Source of the DNA: Ostreococcus lucimarinus
Taxonomy: Eukaryota
Direction: 5' to 3' (one strand)
Assembly: GCA_000092065.1 (NCBI GenBank)
Contig: CP000582.1
Length of the DNA: 64,000 nt
How positions within the stretch are numbered: position 1 is the stretch's first letter; each line of letters begins with the position of its first letter. The position numbers and the translations under genes are program-made. The notes under the pieces were generated by a model that was given only the letters and a program-made list of their open reading frames with translations, searched no databases and had not been told where the DNA came from. Positions 10,452 through 20,683 of the stretch are shown piece after piece.

Positions 10452-10572
10452 TTTACGAATTTCATAGACGCGCTCGTGAACGCAGTTCATTCTCGACGAC
10501 TCGTCGTCGCGCTCGCGTCCCGCGCGGCGCGGCGTCCCGCGCCTCAGTGTCCCGCGCGCCTCCGTCCCCATC

Positions 10573-10983
10573 ATGCGCGCGCTCCGCGCGCTCTCGCGCG
10601 CCGTGGACCCCACGCGCGCGTTCGCGTCGCTCGAATCGTGTTCGACGTCCCGCGCGCGCGCGCGCGCGACGCAAAGCGACGCGAACCTTCCCGTCAAGAC
10701 GCCCAAGCCCAAACGAGACATGACCAACGCCGTCGTCGTCGAGTCCATCCGCCGCAAGAAACTCGCCAAAGGCATCGTCGACGCGCGCTTACCTCCGCCC
10801 GCGCTGTGCCCGACGTGCGAGCGGCGGTTTTGCCGATGCGAGGACCGCGCGCCGGAGCCTCCGCGCGCGCCGCTGGAGAGCGACTGCTGCGCGAGCGAAC
10901 CGGCGTGTAAATTCTGCGTCAAGGTCGTCTACGAGGAGTTATTAGCGGAGTACGAGGCGGTGATGACGAAACGTCACGCGTGA
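10573..10983 (+). CDS. small Cys-rich hypothetical protein with mitochondrial-type presequence
   Basis: ATG at 10573. N-terminus MRALRALSRAV (amphipathic Arg-rich). C-terminal Cys cluster CPTCERRFCRCE...CCASEPACKFC. No family recognised. Confidence 0.35.
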   Translation: MRALRALSRAVDPTRAFASLESCSTSRARARATQSDANLPVKTPKPKRDMTNAVVVESIRRKKLAKGIVDARLPPPALCPTCERRFCRCEDRAPEPPRAPLESDCCASEPACKFCVKVVYEELLAEYEAVMTKRHA

Positions 10984-11095
10984 GCGTCGTCTCGAGGCGC
11001 CGTTCCGCGGCGGCGCGTAGGTAGCGTTGTACATGTACACTATAGTAATTTCTAGCGCTCGCGCCGTCGAGTCGGCGAAATCGAGCGCGCGTTCG

Positions 11096-11587
11096 TCACG
11101 CGCGCGCCACGCGCGCGCTCGCGTGCGCCTCGTCCGCCCCGATCGGTTTCAATCGCACGCTGATTCGCAACGAACACCCACCGCACTCCAACACGCACTC
11201 GTCGTGCAACTCGCGACGCAATCGTTGTAACTCCGCCACCGGTATCTCGTACGCGTCGCCGCACCGACACGCGCGCGCGTACGCGTCCACGCCTCCCGAC
11301 GCCCCGCGCTCGCCCTCGCGCCCCATCATCACGCACACCACGTCCATCTCCTCCGCGTCGATCGTCTCCGCGAGCGGTCGCGCGCGCCTCGACGCGAGCG
11401 CGGCGTCGTATCGCTTCCGCGCCGTCGCGTCCACGAGGCAGTCGTACGCGCGTTTGAGCTCGAGAAACGCGCGCGCGTCGCCGCGCGCGCGATCGGGGTG
11501 CGCGCGGAGCGCCGCGCGCTTGTACGCGTCGCGCACCTGCGCGGCGTCGGCGGACGAGGGGACGCCGAGGGTGGCGTAGTGATCCAT
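11096..11587 (-). CDS. DPH4: DPH4-like protein (J-domain plus CSL/DPH-type zinc finger; diphthamide biosynthesis protein 4 family)
   Basis: ATG at 11587 (minus). J-domain YATLGV...AYKRAALRAHPDR with HPD tripeptide. C-terminal CSL zinc finger CRCGDAYEIPVAEL...ECGGCSLRISV. Confidence 0.7.
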   Translation of the reverse strand: MDHYATLGVPSSADAAQVRDAYKRAALRAHPDRARGDARAFLELKRAYDCLVDATARKRYDAALASRRARPLAETIDAEEMDVVCVMMGREGERGASGGVDAYARACRCGDAYEIPVAELQRLRRELHDECVLECGGCSLRISVRLKPIGADEAHASARVARA

Positions 11588-11773
11588 GAAGTGCGGCGAC
11601 GCGACGCCGAGCGGCGAAGGCGACGCGGCGAGCGGCGAACGCGGCGACGCGGCGCGGGCGAGCGCGCGCGCGGCGAGCGCGCGAATGATTTACATGGATA
11701 ATTTACAACGATCGCGGCGATGGAAACGTCACGGCTCGATGTCCTCGCGCGAGGCCGTCGTCGACGCGACGAC

Positions 11774-14521
11774 CTAACTCGGCGTCGATCGAAGCGTCGA
11801 GGTGACGGCGACGATCAAACGTTCGAGGGAATCCACGGTTTGATCGCTCGCGGCGTCGTCGCCGCTCTTCATCGCGGCGCACGCGTCCGTCATCGTCGTG
11901 GTGTGTCGTCGCGCGATGTCGAGAACTGGGGATTTCAATTCGACCTCGGCGTCGCCGGCGAAGAGCGTTCTGACGGCGTCGGCGGTGCGAAGCATGAATT
12001 CGGCGGCGACGTCCACGTCGACTTCTTCGGGAGATTGTCGAAGAGGCATGTCGTTCCAATCTTCGATCAACGTTCGAAACGACTTACTCATCAATTCGAA
12101 CGCTTCTGCGGCGAATTTACGAGCATCATCGATAGAATCTCTTCGGCGCTCGATTTCGGCTTCGACGATTTCGTGCGCGAGTACCCATCCTGTGAGTGTC
12201 GTCTTCCCGCGCTGCGCGAGCGTTCTCGTCGGCGAAGACGCGCTTCTGTCAAAGAGTCCGCCAAACGTTAACGCGATATAGACTCCGCTCCTCGTAAGGT
12301 CTGCCGCACACAAAGTTTCCGCGACGGCGCGTACGAGAGCGTCGGCGGCGGCGCCGTCGGCGAAACGTCCCAAATGCGCGCTCGGCGACTCGATCGTCGT
12401 TAACGCGCGTTTCGCCAAAGCCACGCGCGTCGCTCCAGGTGTTACTGCGCACGTTGCGTCTATGAACGCAACAGCACATTGGGGTGCGATGCGATATAGC
12501 AAGTGCGTGGTGGCTTCAAACGGGGCGAACGCGACGGTCGCCGGCGCCGGCGTCTCTGACGCGTCGACTCGCGACGCCATGGCGGTGACGAGCTCTTCAA
12601 TCGCGACCTTTGCATCCGATTCATCTTCTTGCGGAAACAATAATGGTTTATCGCCCCACACCGCATCTATCAAGGTTGCGAGCGCGGCGCCGTCGCGAAA
12701 CGCCAGCAACGCGCGCGCGCCGACCCAAGCGTACGCGGGTAAATTCTCTCCGCGCGAAGATTCGAGCTCGCGCACGAGCCCTGAGAGATGAACGTCGTCG
12801 CTGATGACACCGTCCCTTTGAGACGCGCCGCCCGTTGCGCGCAATGCGTCCCAGTCCGTGAGAAGAATATCCCGCGCTTCGTGGACGCTCGCGCTAGCTT
12901 GACGCGAGAACGCTTCGCAATCCGCCGACGCTCGCTCGAGCGTCTCTAAAGCTTCGCGCACGGCAAAGTTCCATCTCGCCGCGGCGACTTCATCAAATCG
13001 ACCGTCGAGCCTCGCCTTGAGAAGGAGCGCCGGCGCGATCGCACACGATGCTCTGACGTCTCTGGAACGCGTCGCCAATCGCGCGTCTCTCTTTGTCCTA
13101 AACGCCTCCGTCGCCGTCTCCACCTCGCGTCGCGCGGTGATTAAAGCGCGAGCGAGAGCCTCCTTCGACGCGCCGTACATCTCTACGTCGGCTAGAACCT
13201 TGTCGATATGCTCCAGGTCGTACAGAGTCGTCGACATCAGTATGGGTTCCACCACTTTCGACAACGCGCTCGGGACGTGCAGCGAACACCGGAACACGGG
13301 CGCGAGCGCGCCCGGCGAGTACGCTCGCGCATACATACCGGCGACGCCTCCGTTGACGAGTTCAAACGCGTGCTCTTGCGAAGAAATCGTCGCGTGCGAT
13401 TCGCTCGCGGCGCGCGGCAATTCAGGCAGCGTCGCGGAATCGACCAACGCGCCCGTGCTCGCGTGAAACACGCGAATCAACCGTCGCTCCGACGCGGCGT
13501 CGAACGAGGCGACCCACAAAAACGCACCGTGTCGCGCGATGCTCATCGCGCGCTCACCCGCGCGCATCTCTTGACCGTCTTCATCCTCCTTCGTCGCCGA
13601 AACGCGCCCGAACGCGCACACCTCCTCCACCGCGTGCGCGACGTCGTCGTCGTCGCGTCGCTCGCCCGGCGCGCCGAGCGCCGGCAGCACCACGAACGCC
13701 CTTTCCGCGTCGACGTCCGCGCACACGAGCGCGCGATCCGGAAACGACACGCTCGTCAACAGCGCCCTCGACGGTCCACTCCCACCATCCATCCCGCCGT
13801 CGCGCGTCGCCCCTCGCGCGTCGACGCGCGCCGTCGCTCGCCGCAATCGACAATTCCACCTATAAAGCACCCCACTTCGCGTCGTCACCCAAAAATCCTC
13901 CCCTCCCGCGCTCACCACCCCCACCAACCCCTCATACGTCGCGCTCGCCACCGTTTCTCCCGCGTTCGCGCTCGCCGCCCCCCCCACCACTCGCACCGCC
14001 ACCCGTCCCGCGTCGCCGTCGCCCGCCGCGCTCGCCGTCGCCGCGTACGTCGTCCCATCGCTCCCCTCGCACGCGCACATCCCGAAGCAGTCCCCGACCC
14101 GCGCGCCGCTTCCCCCCGTCCCATCTCGCGCCGATTTCGTCCCCTCCGCGACGATCGGCGGCGCGCCCGCGTACGGCGGCGTCGTCGTCCCGCGCAGCGC
14201 GCCGCCGCCGTCGCGTCGCCACGCCGCGATCGCGCCGTCCCGCCTCGCCGCGATCGCGCCGTCGCGCGTGCTCGCCAAGCGCGCGCACGGCGACGCACCG
14301 AAAAGCGCGACGTGTCGCGTCGTCCACCCGTCGTCGTCGTCGTCGTCGTCGTCGAGCGTCGCGCGTCGCGTCGATTCGACGCGCCTTTCGAGCGTCGCGA
14401 CGACGCGTCCGCCGTCGCCGGCGCAGACGAGCGCGCGGGCGTCGGCGAGCGCGACGAGGGCGTCGCCGCAGTCCGGCGGCGGGCGACGGCGCGACGCGAC
14501 GGCGTCGACGACGAGCGGCAT
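11774..14521 (-). CDS. large hypothetical protein (915 aa), poly-Asp tract near N-terminus, alpha-helical C-terminal half
   Basis: ATG at 14521 (minus). Normal composition over 2.7 kb, unlike the Arg-rich antisense frame 13208..15472. (GAC)n tract encodes DDDDDDDD. No family recognised; N-terminal part could be beta-propeller-like. Confidence 0.5.
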   Translation of the reverse strand: MPLVVDAVASRRRPPPDCGDALVALADARALVCAGDGGRVVATLERRVESTRRATLDDDDDDDDGWTTRHVALFGASPCARLASTRDGAIAARRDGAIAAWRRDGGGALRGTTTPPYAGAPPIVAEGTKSARDGTGGSGARVGDCFGMCACEGSDGTTYAATASAAGDGDAGRVAVRVVGGAASANAGETVASATYEGLVGVVSAGGEDFWVTTRSGVLYRWNCRLRRATARVDARGATRDGGMDGGSGPSRALLTSVSFPDRALVCADVDAERAFVVLPALGAPGERRDDDDVAHAVEEVCAFGRVSATKEDEDGQEMRAGERAMSIARHGAFLWVASFDAASERRLIRVFHASTGALVDSATLPELPRAASESHATISSQEHAFELVNGGVAGMYARAYSPGALAPVFRCSLHVPSALSKVVEPILMSTTLYDLEHIDKVLADVEMYGASKEALARALITARREVETATEAFRTKRDARLATRSRDVRASCAIAPALLLKARLDGRFDEVAAARWNFAVREALETLERASADCEAFSRQASASVHEARDILLTDWDALRATGGASQRDGVISDDVHLSGLVRELESSRGENLPAYAWVGARALLAFRDGAALATLIDAVWGDKPLLFPQEDESDAKVAIEELVTAMASRVDASETPAPATVAFAPFEATTHLLYRIAPQCAVAFIDATCAVTPGATRVALAKRALTTIESPSAHLGRFADGAAADALVRAVAETLCAADLTRSGVYIALTFGGLFDRSASSPTRTLAQRGKTTLTGWVLAHEIVEAEIERRRDSIDDARKFAAEAFELMSKSFRTLIEDWNDMPLRQSPEEVDVDVAAEFMLRTADAVRTLFAGDAEVELKSPVLDIARRHTTTMTDACAAMKSGDDAASDQTVDSLERLIVAVTSTLRSTPS

Positions 14522-14550
14522 TCGCGTCGCGCGGTGGCGTCGGGGCGAAA

Positions 14551-15029
14551 TATCTTTCGTCAGACTGTTTGCGCATACGAGGTGGTTTGGTACGTGTCGT
14601 CACACTGTTTGCGCATACGAGGTGGTTTGGTACGTGTCGTCACACTGTTTGCGCATACGAGGTGGTTTGGTACGTGTCGTCACACTGTTTGCGCATACGA
14701 GGTGGTTTGGTACGTGTCGTCACACTGTTTGCGCATACGAGGTGGTTTGGTACGTGTCGTCATACTGTTTGCGCATACGAGGTGGTTTGGTACATGTCGT
14801 CACACTGTTTGCGCATACGAGGTGGTTTGGTACGTGTCGTCACACTGTTTGCGCATACGAGGTGGTTTGGTACGTGTCGTCACACTGTTTGCGCATACGA
14901 GGTGGTTTGGTACGTGTCGTCATACTGTTTGCGCATACGAGGTGGTTTGGTACATGTCGTCACACTGTTTGCGCATACGAGGTGGTTTGGTACATGTCAT
15001 CACACTGTTTGCGCATACGAGGTGGTTTG
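14551..15029. repeat. 40-bp minisatellite, about 12 near-identical tandem copies (unit TCACACTGTTTGCGCATACGAGGTGGTTTGGTACGTGTCG)
   Basis: Read directly: exact 40-nt periodicity from about 14551 to 15029. Only two variable positions (CACACTG/CATACTG and TACGTGT/TACATGT); first and last copies degenerate. Unit is AT-richer than surrounding DNA. Lies between divergent ATGs at 14521 (minus) and 15306 (plus). Confidence 0.9.
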
Positions 15030-15305
15030 AAACGGACGCGCGATCGACGTCGCGGCGGCACAGCGCGCGCGCGACGCGGAGGACGACGCGCGACGCCGAG
15101 GATACGCGCGCGATAAATCGCGCGCGCGTCGAGCGTCGACGCGCGATCGTCGCGGCGTCCGCGGCGAGAGGAATCGCGCTTCGAAGGTTTGATTTAATTA
15201 ATTCAAACGAAGAAACGGTTCGAACGACGCGACGAAAAGAGGACGCGACGACGCGCGAACGCGCGAACGCGCGAACGCGAGGACGCGAGGACGACGACGA
15301 CGCGG

Positions 15306-16172
15306 ATGTCGACGCGCGCGCGCGCGGCGGGACGAGCGAGCGCGGCGCGGCGGGACGACGCGGGGACGACGCGCGCGGCGACGACGCTCGCGCGCTTCGT
15401 CGTTCGCGACGACGGCGCGCGGCGCGCGGAGGAGGAACGCGCGCGGAAACGGGCGGAGATGGTGCGGTATAGACGCGCGCTGGACGCGCAGATGGCGGAG
15501 ATGGCGCGAGGACGGGCGCGGGAGGCGGCGCGGGAGGCGAGCGAGCGGGACGCGCGGCGGCGGCGAGACGGCGGCGAGACGGCGAACCGGGAGACGGCGG
15601 AGGAGCTGGCGCGGCGGCGGGACGAGTACGTCGCCGCGCTGGATAGACAGGTGGCGGAGCGGCGCGAACGCGAGAGGAAAAGGCGCGAGGAGGAGGAGAG
15701 ACGGGACAGAGAGGAAAACGAGCGCATTCGGCGACACGTCGAAGAGGAGCGAGCGATTTTACGCGAGAAACGCGCGATGATGGCCGCGCGGGCGGCCGCG
15801 CTCGGTGACGATGAGGGCGATGACGACGATAAGACGCGAAGAAGACGAGCGAATAGGATCACGCACTCGCCGCCGGCGTCGCCGCGACCGGCTTCGACTT
15901 CGGCGTCTCCGCGCGCGCCGCCGTCCTTCGTCGCGCCGCGCGCGGCCAGCGTCGACGCCGACGCTGGATACGTCCCGATTCCCGAATTTCCCGAGTTTCC
16001 CGAGTTTTCGCAACCGGCGACGACGACGGCGTCGTCGAACGAGCGAACACCGCTGACCGACGCCGCGGTGGCGGATTTGACCAACGTCATTCGCGAGCTC
16101 GTCGTCGAGCAGCGCGAACTGAAATCTCGCCTCGCGCGCGCCGAAGCCGCGCTGCGCGCGCGAATCGAGTGA
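15306..16172 (+). CDS. charged coiled-coil protein (Arg/Glu-rich, trichoplein/TPH-like heptads)
   Basis: ATG at 15306. Long ER-rich helical stretch (RRRDEYVAALDRQVAERRERERKRREEEERRDREENERIRRHVEEER); PEFPEFPEF motif; C-terminal coiled coil. Opposite-strand ORF 15203..16207 is Ser/Arg-rich and judged antisense artefact. Confidence 0.4.
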   Translation: MSTRARAAGRASAARRDDAGTTRAATTLARFVVRDDGARRAEEERARKRAEMVRYRRALDAQMAEMARGRAREAAREASERDARRRRDGGETANRETAEELARRRDEYVAALDRQVAERRERERKRREEEERRDREENERIRRHVEEERAILREKRAMMAARAAALGDDEGDDDDKTRRRRANRITHSPPASPRPASTSASPRAPPSFVAPRAASVDADAGYVPIPEFPEFPEFSQPATTTASSNERTPLTDAAVADLTNVIRELVVEQRELKSRLARAEAALRARIE

Positions 16173-16332
16173 CCGACTCGAGCGAGCGGTGAGTAATACC
16201 GAAGCATTTCTCGCTCGAATTCGCGACATTAAACTCGCCGTCTCGCGTCGCCCGCGCGTCACACCTCGCCTCGGCGGAACGTCCACACCGCGCGCGCGCG
16301 TCGGGCCCGATCCCGCGCGCGCGCGGTCGACG

Positions 16333-18804
16333 ATGTCCCGTCGAACGCCCGCACACTATTACGAGAGCATAGACTACGAACTCCCCGCGAACGCGGTCGA
16401 AACGCGGAGGATTCGGAATCAGAATGCGCGCGACAATCCAACCACCGGGACACAAAATCAGCCACCGTCGCGCCGCGCGCGCGATAATCCCTACGCGCAC
16501 GTGGTGTTCTCGAAGTACGCGTTGACGCTCGTCATCGGCGCCGCGGTCGGGGTGACGGCGTGGGCGATCGAGGGAACGACGGGGGAAATCATCTCGATGC
16601 AGGCGGCGCTCGTGAGTCGATACTACGGCGACGCGCCGCGGACGACGATGTCGCTGTTTATGATCACGGCGGCGGTGTTGGGGACGCTCGGGGGATGGGT
16701 CGCGACGTATTACGCGCCGTTAGCGAGCGGAGGGGGCGTGACGCAGGTGATGGCGAGTTTAAACGGCGCAAACGTGCCGGGATTATTGAGCGGGCGGACG
16801 CTCGCGGCGAAAATCGTGGGCACGTGCGGCGGCGTGGGGAGCGCGTTGGCGGTCGGACCCGAAGGGCCGATGGTGCACATCGGCGCTGGGATCGCCAGTG
16901 TGTGCGCGTTGTATTGGCCCAGGAAGTTCTTGTGTGGAGATGGATTCTTGGGGGCGAGAGAGGGCGAGGCGGACGCGTCGGCGGCGAGCGAGGACGAGGA
17001 TTCCGAAGACGAGGATTCCGAGCGATATTCTACGGATGGCGAAGATTCAGACGGTAGTGAATTGCAGTCGACGTTACGGCGGCGAAGGCGGCAACGTCGT
17101 CGTGCGTTCGTGCGGTTCGGCGAGTCGGCGAAATTAGACGCCGTGCTGCTCGAGTTGGCGTCGCCGTCGACGCATAGAGAATTCGTCTCCGCTGGCGCCG
17201 CCGCCGGATTAGCCGCGGCTTTCGGTGCACCCATCGGAGGAGTTTTGTTTTCTTTTGAAGAAGCGAGCACGTTTTGGAGTCAACGCACGATGTGGCGGTG
17301 CTTGATGTGCGCTGCCATCGCGTCCTTCGTGCTCGCGTTGCTCGATTTGCGAGGCAACCCAGGCATGGTGTTCATCACCGGTGACTCGCTTCGACCGACT
17401 ACGCCGAGGGACTACTTCCACCAACTACCATTCTTTGTTTTAGTAGCTGCCATAGCGGGACTCATGGGGGTGTTGTTCAACCAAATTCAGGCGTGGACGT
17501 CGAGGTTTCGTCCGTCTGCGAAGAATAAAGTCGCACGAATGTTTGAGTGCGCCGTCGTCGTTCTCGCCACGGTGGCGCTTCGGTTCGCGGCGGCGGAGTT
17601 CGCGGGACACTGCATGGTGCCTCCCGATACCTGGGTGAAAGACGATTTCGGTGTACGATTCAACTGCGCCGAGGGAGAAATTAACGACATCGCTACTGTA
17701 TTTTTCATTTATCCAGGCCGTTCAATCGGCTGGATGTTCGGCATGGCTGAGCACGTGTGGGGCGAGGCGTACGGGTTCACGGCGCAAGGTTTAGCCATAT
17801 CCGCGGTGTGTTATCTCGTTATGATGGCGCTAGCGTTCGGCATCGCCGTTCCTGGTGGCTTATTTATGCCGTCGTTGTTCATGGGCGCGTGCACGGGAGG
17901 ATGCGCGGGGTTAATGCTCAAGGCGTCGTTGCCCGAAGCGTGGGACATCCAACCAGGGCTCTACGCGCTCATCGGTGCCACCTCCGCGCTCGGTGGCGTT
18001 TTCCGTTCCTCCGTGTCTCTGGTCGTTATCATGGTCGAGAGCACCAACGGACAGGCTTTCGTGTTCGCCATCATCGTCGCCGTCATCGTGAGTAACGTGG
18101 TAGGAAATTACTTCGCGCACGGCATTTACCACGCCGAGTTGTCGCGAAGTAAAACTGTGGCCTACCTACCTCGAGATCCTTCGAGAACGCTCGAGGGGAA
18201 GACTGCGCGCGATATCATGGCGGTTCCACCCGCGTTTTTACCCGAAGTTGCTTTTAGAGACGACGTCAAGTCGTTGCTCGAGCACACGACTCACAACGGA
18301 TTCCCAGTCGTCGACGACCGCGGGAAACTCGCCGGTCTCATCTTGCGTTCGCAGCTCGACGTTCTTCTCGCGGCGCCGCCCGAGGAAGCCGCGCCCGGTG
18401 CTGACGCTACCAAGCAGGCAAAATTGGACCTTAAAATGCGCACTGCGCATATTCAGCGCGTCACCAAGGGCGCGACGCCCGGCGTCGCCGCTGGACTTCT
18501 CGACGAAACCGTCGACGCCATCGAAGTCGAGCGCTTAATGCGCACCAACGCCACGCCGCGCCGCGGCGCGCTGACAGACCCCGAAAACGATTCCAACGAC
18601 ATCGCGAGCGCATTCGCATCGCCGCAGATCGACATCAAGACGTACATGAACCCGTCGCCGCTCGCCGTGCCTTTGGATTTCCCCGCCGCGCGCGCGCACG
18701 GCGTCTTTCTCTCACTCGCGTTGCGCCACCTCATCGTCGTCGACGACGACTACGCCGTGCGCGGCGTCATCACTCGCAAAGATCTAATCGGTTTAAACGC
18801 TTGA
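16333..18804 (+). CDS. CLC-family voltage-gated chloride channel / Cl-/H+ antiporter with two C-terminal CBS domains
   Basis: Track ORF starts at GTG 16189; first ATG 16333 immediately precedes YESIDYE (the conserved CLC N-terminal ESLDY motif). CLC selectivity-filter motif GPEGPMVHIGAGIAS; multiple TM helices. Two CBS domains (IMAVPPAFLP...GFPVVDD, LRHLIVVDDDYAVRGVITRKDL). Confidence 0.85.
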   Translation: MSRRTPAHYYESIDYELPANAVETRRIRNQNARDNPTTGTQNQPPSRRARDNPYAHVVFSKYALTLVIGAAVGVTAWAIEGTTGEIISMQAALVSRYYGDAPRTTMSLFMITAAVLGTLGGWVATYYAPLASGGGVTQVMASLNGANVPGLLSGRTLAAKIVGTCGGVGSALAVGPEGPMVHIGAGIASVCALYWPRKFLCGDGFLGAREGEADASAASEDEDSEDEDSERYSTDGEDSDGSELQSTLRRRRRQRRRAFVRFGESAKLDAVLLELASPSTHREFVSAGAAAGLAAAFGAPIGGVLFSFEEASTFWSQRTMWRCLMCAAIASFVLALLDLRGNPGMVFITGDSLRPTTPRDYFHQLPFFVLVAAIAGLMGVLFNQIQAWTSRFRPSAKNKVARMFECAVVVLATVALRFAAAEFAGHCMVPPDTWVKDDFGVRFNCAEGEINDIATVFFIYPGRSIGWMFGMAEHVWGEAYGFTAQGLAISAVCYLVMMALAFGIAVPGGLFMPSLFMGACTGGCAGLMLKASLPEAWDIQPGLYALIGATSALGGVFRSSVSLVVIMVESTNGQAFVFAIIVAVIVSNVVGNYFAHGIYHAELSRSKTVAYLPRDPSRTLEGKTARDIMAVPPAFLPEVAFRDDVKSLLEHTTHNGFPVVDDRGKLAGLILRSQLDVLLAAPPEEAAPGADATKQAKLDLKMRTAHIQRVTKGATPGVAAGLLDETVDAIEVERLMRTNATPRRGALTDPENDSNDIASAFASPQIDIKTYMNPSPLAVPLDFPAARAHGVFLSLALRHLIVVDDDYAVRGVITRKDLIGLNA

Positions 18805-18883
18805 TGGACTAAATTTGTAATTTTAACGCGTTGCCGCGACGTCGCCGCCGCAGTCGCCGCCTCGCGCTCAACCGCCGTTCGGC

Positions 18884-19867
18884 ATGCCGCCGCGACCGGC
18901 GTGGACCGACCCCGACGAACGCCCCCAGGACGACGTCTCCGACTCGGACAAACCATCGACGTCGATACACGACGCGCCGAGCGCTCCGGAACCGATCGCG
19001 CGCGACGTAAACGACGCGTTTACCACGACAAAAAGTGCAAAGCAAAAGCGTCCCAATTCGGAAGAGAAACCGACGCCGCACGCGCGCCGTAAGCGCCGCA
19101 AGGGCCGGCGAGCGACGGATGGGCGAGAAAAGTCGTATAGGTACGGCAACTACGATCGATACTACGGCTACCGCGTCGGGGAGACGATGGAGGATCACAG
19201 GCTGGAGGCGCTCCGGGACGAGTGGTTTCGAGGGAAGCGCGCGTGCGACGTCGGATGCAACGATGGATTGTTCTCCCTGTCCCTCGTCGGCGCGTTCGCC
19301 CCGGCGTCGTGCGTGTGCTTAGACATAGATAGTGATCTCGTGCGAGCGGCGCAGCGAAAACTGGAGGCGTTGCGGAGACACAGCGCGGCGCAGGCGGGCG
19401 CGGCGGAGCGCGGCGAAGGCGAAGGCGCGTTGGCGGACGCGGGTCAAGCGTTCGGTGGGGTCGAATTCCGACGAGCGAACGCCGTGGAGTTTGATTTCGG
19501 AAACGAAAAGTTCGACGTCATTCTCTTGCTCAGCGTCACGAAGTGGATTCACTTGAATTTCGGCGACGACGGCGTGAAAACCGTCCTTCGCAAGTGTCGC
19601 GACGCCCTCGTCCCCGGCGGTTCCCTCATCATCGAACCGCAACCGTGGAAATCGTACAAATCCACGCTGCGCAAAAAGATCAACGGCGTTCCGGTGCTTC
19701 CGGACGAGTGCAAGGCGAACTTAGCCGCGATCGAGTTCCGCCCCGACGCGTTCGAGGCGCACCTCCTCGGCCGCGACGGCGGTTTCGCCTCCGCCGAGCG
19801 CCTTCGCCCCGCGGGCACCGCCGCGTTCGACCGCGAGATCTTCCGATTCATCAAGCACCACCATTAA
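18884..19867 (+). CDS. Bin3-type SAM-dependent RNA methyltransferase (MePCE/BCDIN3D family)
   Basis: ATG at 18884. Bin3 signature YGNYDRYYGYR, SAM-binding CDVGCNDG, C-terminal Bin3 block FDVILLLSVTKWIHLNFGDDG. Confidence 0.75.
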   Translation: MPPRPAWTDPDERPQDDVSDSDKPSTSIHDAPSAPEPIARDVNDAFTTTKSAKQKRPNSEEKPTPHARRKRRKGRRATDGREKSYRYGNYDRYYGYRVGETMEDHRLEALRDEWFRGKRACDVGCNDGLFSLSLVGAFAPASCVCLDIDSDLVRAAQRKLEALRRHSAAQAGAAERGEGEGALADAGQAFGGVEFRRANAVEFDFGNEKFDVILLLSVTKWIHLNFGDDGVKTVLRKCRDALVPGGSLIIEPQPWKSYKSTLRKKINGVPVLPDECKANLAAIEFRPDAFEAHLLGRDGGFASAERLRPAGTAAFDREIFRFIKHHH

Positions 19868-19891
19868 TCGCGCGCAATTGTCGATCGCATC

Positions 19892-19930
19892 GCTCCTTCG
19901 CTCCTTCGCTCCTTCGCTCCTTCGCTTCTC
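19892..19930. repeat. microsatellite (CTCCTTCG)x4 in intergenic/promoter DNA
   Basis: Read directly: ctccttcg repeated four times then degenerate, just downstream of the methyltransferase stop. Confidence 0.7.
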
Positions 19931-20683
19931 GAGCGCATCCCTCCGCGTCCCTCGCGCGCCCCGTCCCCGTCCCGCCTCGCGTCCGCACTCCGCGCCTCGG
20001 TCTCGTCCGAGTCGCCATGTCCGCCATGTCCGCCGCCGAGTACGACGCGCTCATCTATCCCGGCTTCCTCCGTCGCAACGTCGCGCGCTGGAACGACGAC
20101 GGCAGCGCCGCGCCGCTCAGCCGCAGCAAGGGCCCGCGCAACGAAACCTTCGTCCTGCAGCTGCGCAGCGGCGAGATCGATCAGGACGTCAGCGCGATCG
20201 AGGGCGAGGTGCGTCGACGCGATCGTCCGCGACCGCGCGCGACGACGACGACGCGACGCGACGCGACGCGAAAGGTTCTCGGCGCGCGCTCGACGAAGAC
20301 ACTGACCGGGACGCGCGTCCCTCGCGAGCGTCGACGCGCAGCTCGGATTAGCGCTCAAAGGGTTGAAGGGCGCGCGCAAGGGACGCGCGAGCGTGAACGC
20401 GGAGTGATGGCGCGCGCGACGTCGGCTTCGGCGCGCGAACGGACGACGCGCGAAGCCAGCCGCGAAGCCGCGAGACGCGCGAAGACGTTTGAGTTTGAGA
20501 TCGCGCGCCGACGCCGGAGATTCGAGGACGCGCGCGACGATCGACGCGACGAAATCGCGCGTTCCGTGGATTTTGTAAATTATTTTAGAGGTTTTGAGAC
20601 GTGCGGCGCGCGCGCGCGGCGCGCGGCGTCGAGCGGGCCGCGGCGGCGCGGGTCCGCGCGGCGTCAGAGCGCGCCTCGGCGGC

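Noticed and set aside
14551-15029. Tandem repeats (also 37411..37891) as possible CRISPR arrays
   Set aside because: No unique spacers between repeats (pure head-to-tail copies), no cas genes, and the locus is eukaryotic (intron-containing tRNA, spliceosomal introns). They are minisatellites.
13208-15472. 754-aa plus-strand ORF spanning the minisatellite, and similar long Arg/Ala/Pro-rich ORFs (576..1487, 1010..1825, 19543..20853 5' part, 19864..20685, 28176..29351, 39528..41096, 40039..41478, 47251..49125, 47975..49183, 51409..52485, 58212..59810)
   Set aside because: Extreme Arg/Ala/Pro composition, CG-repeat-driven, and antisense or overlapping to well-supported genes; these are typical GC-rich shadow ORFs and are not coding.
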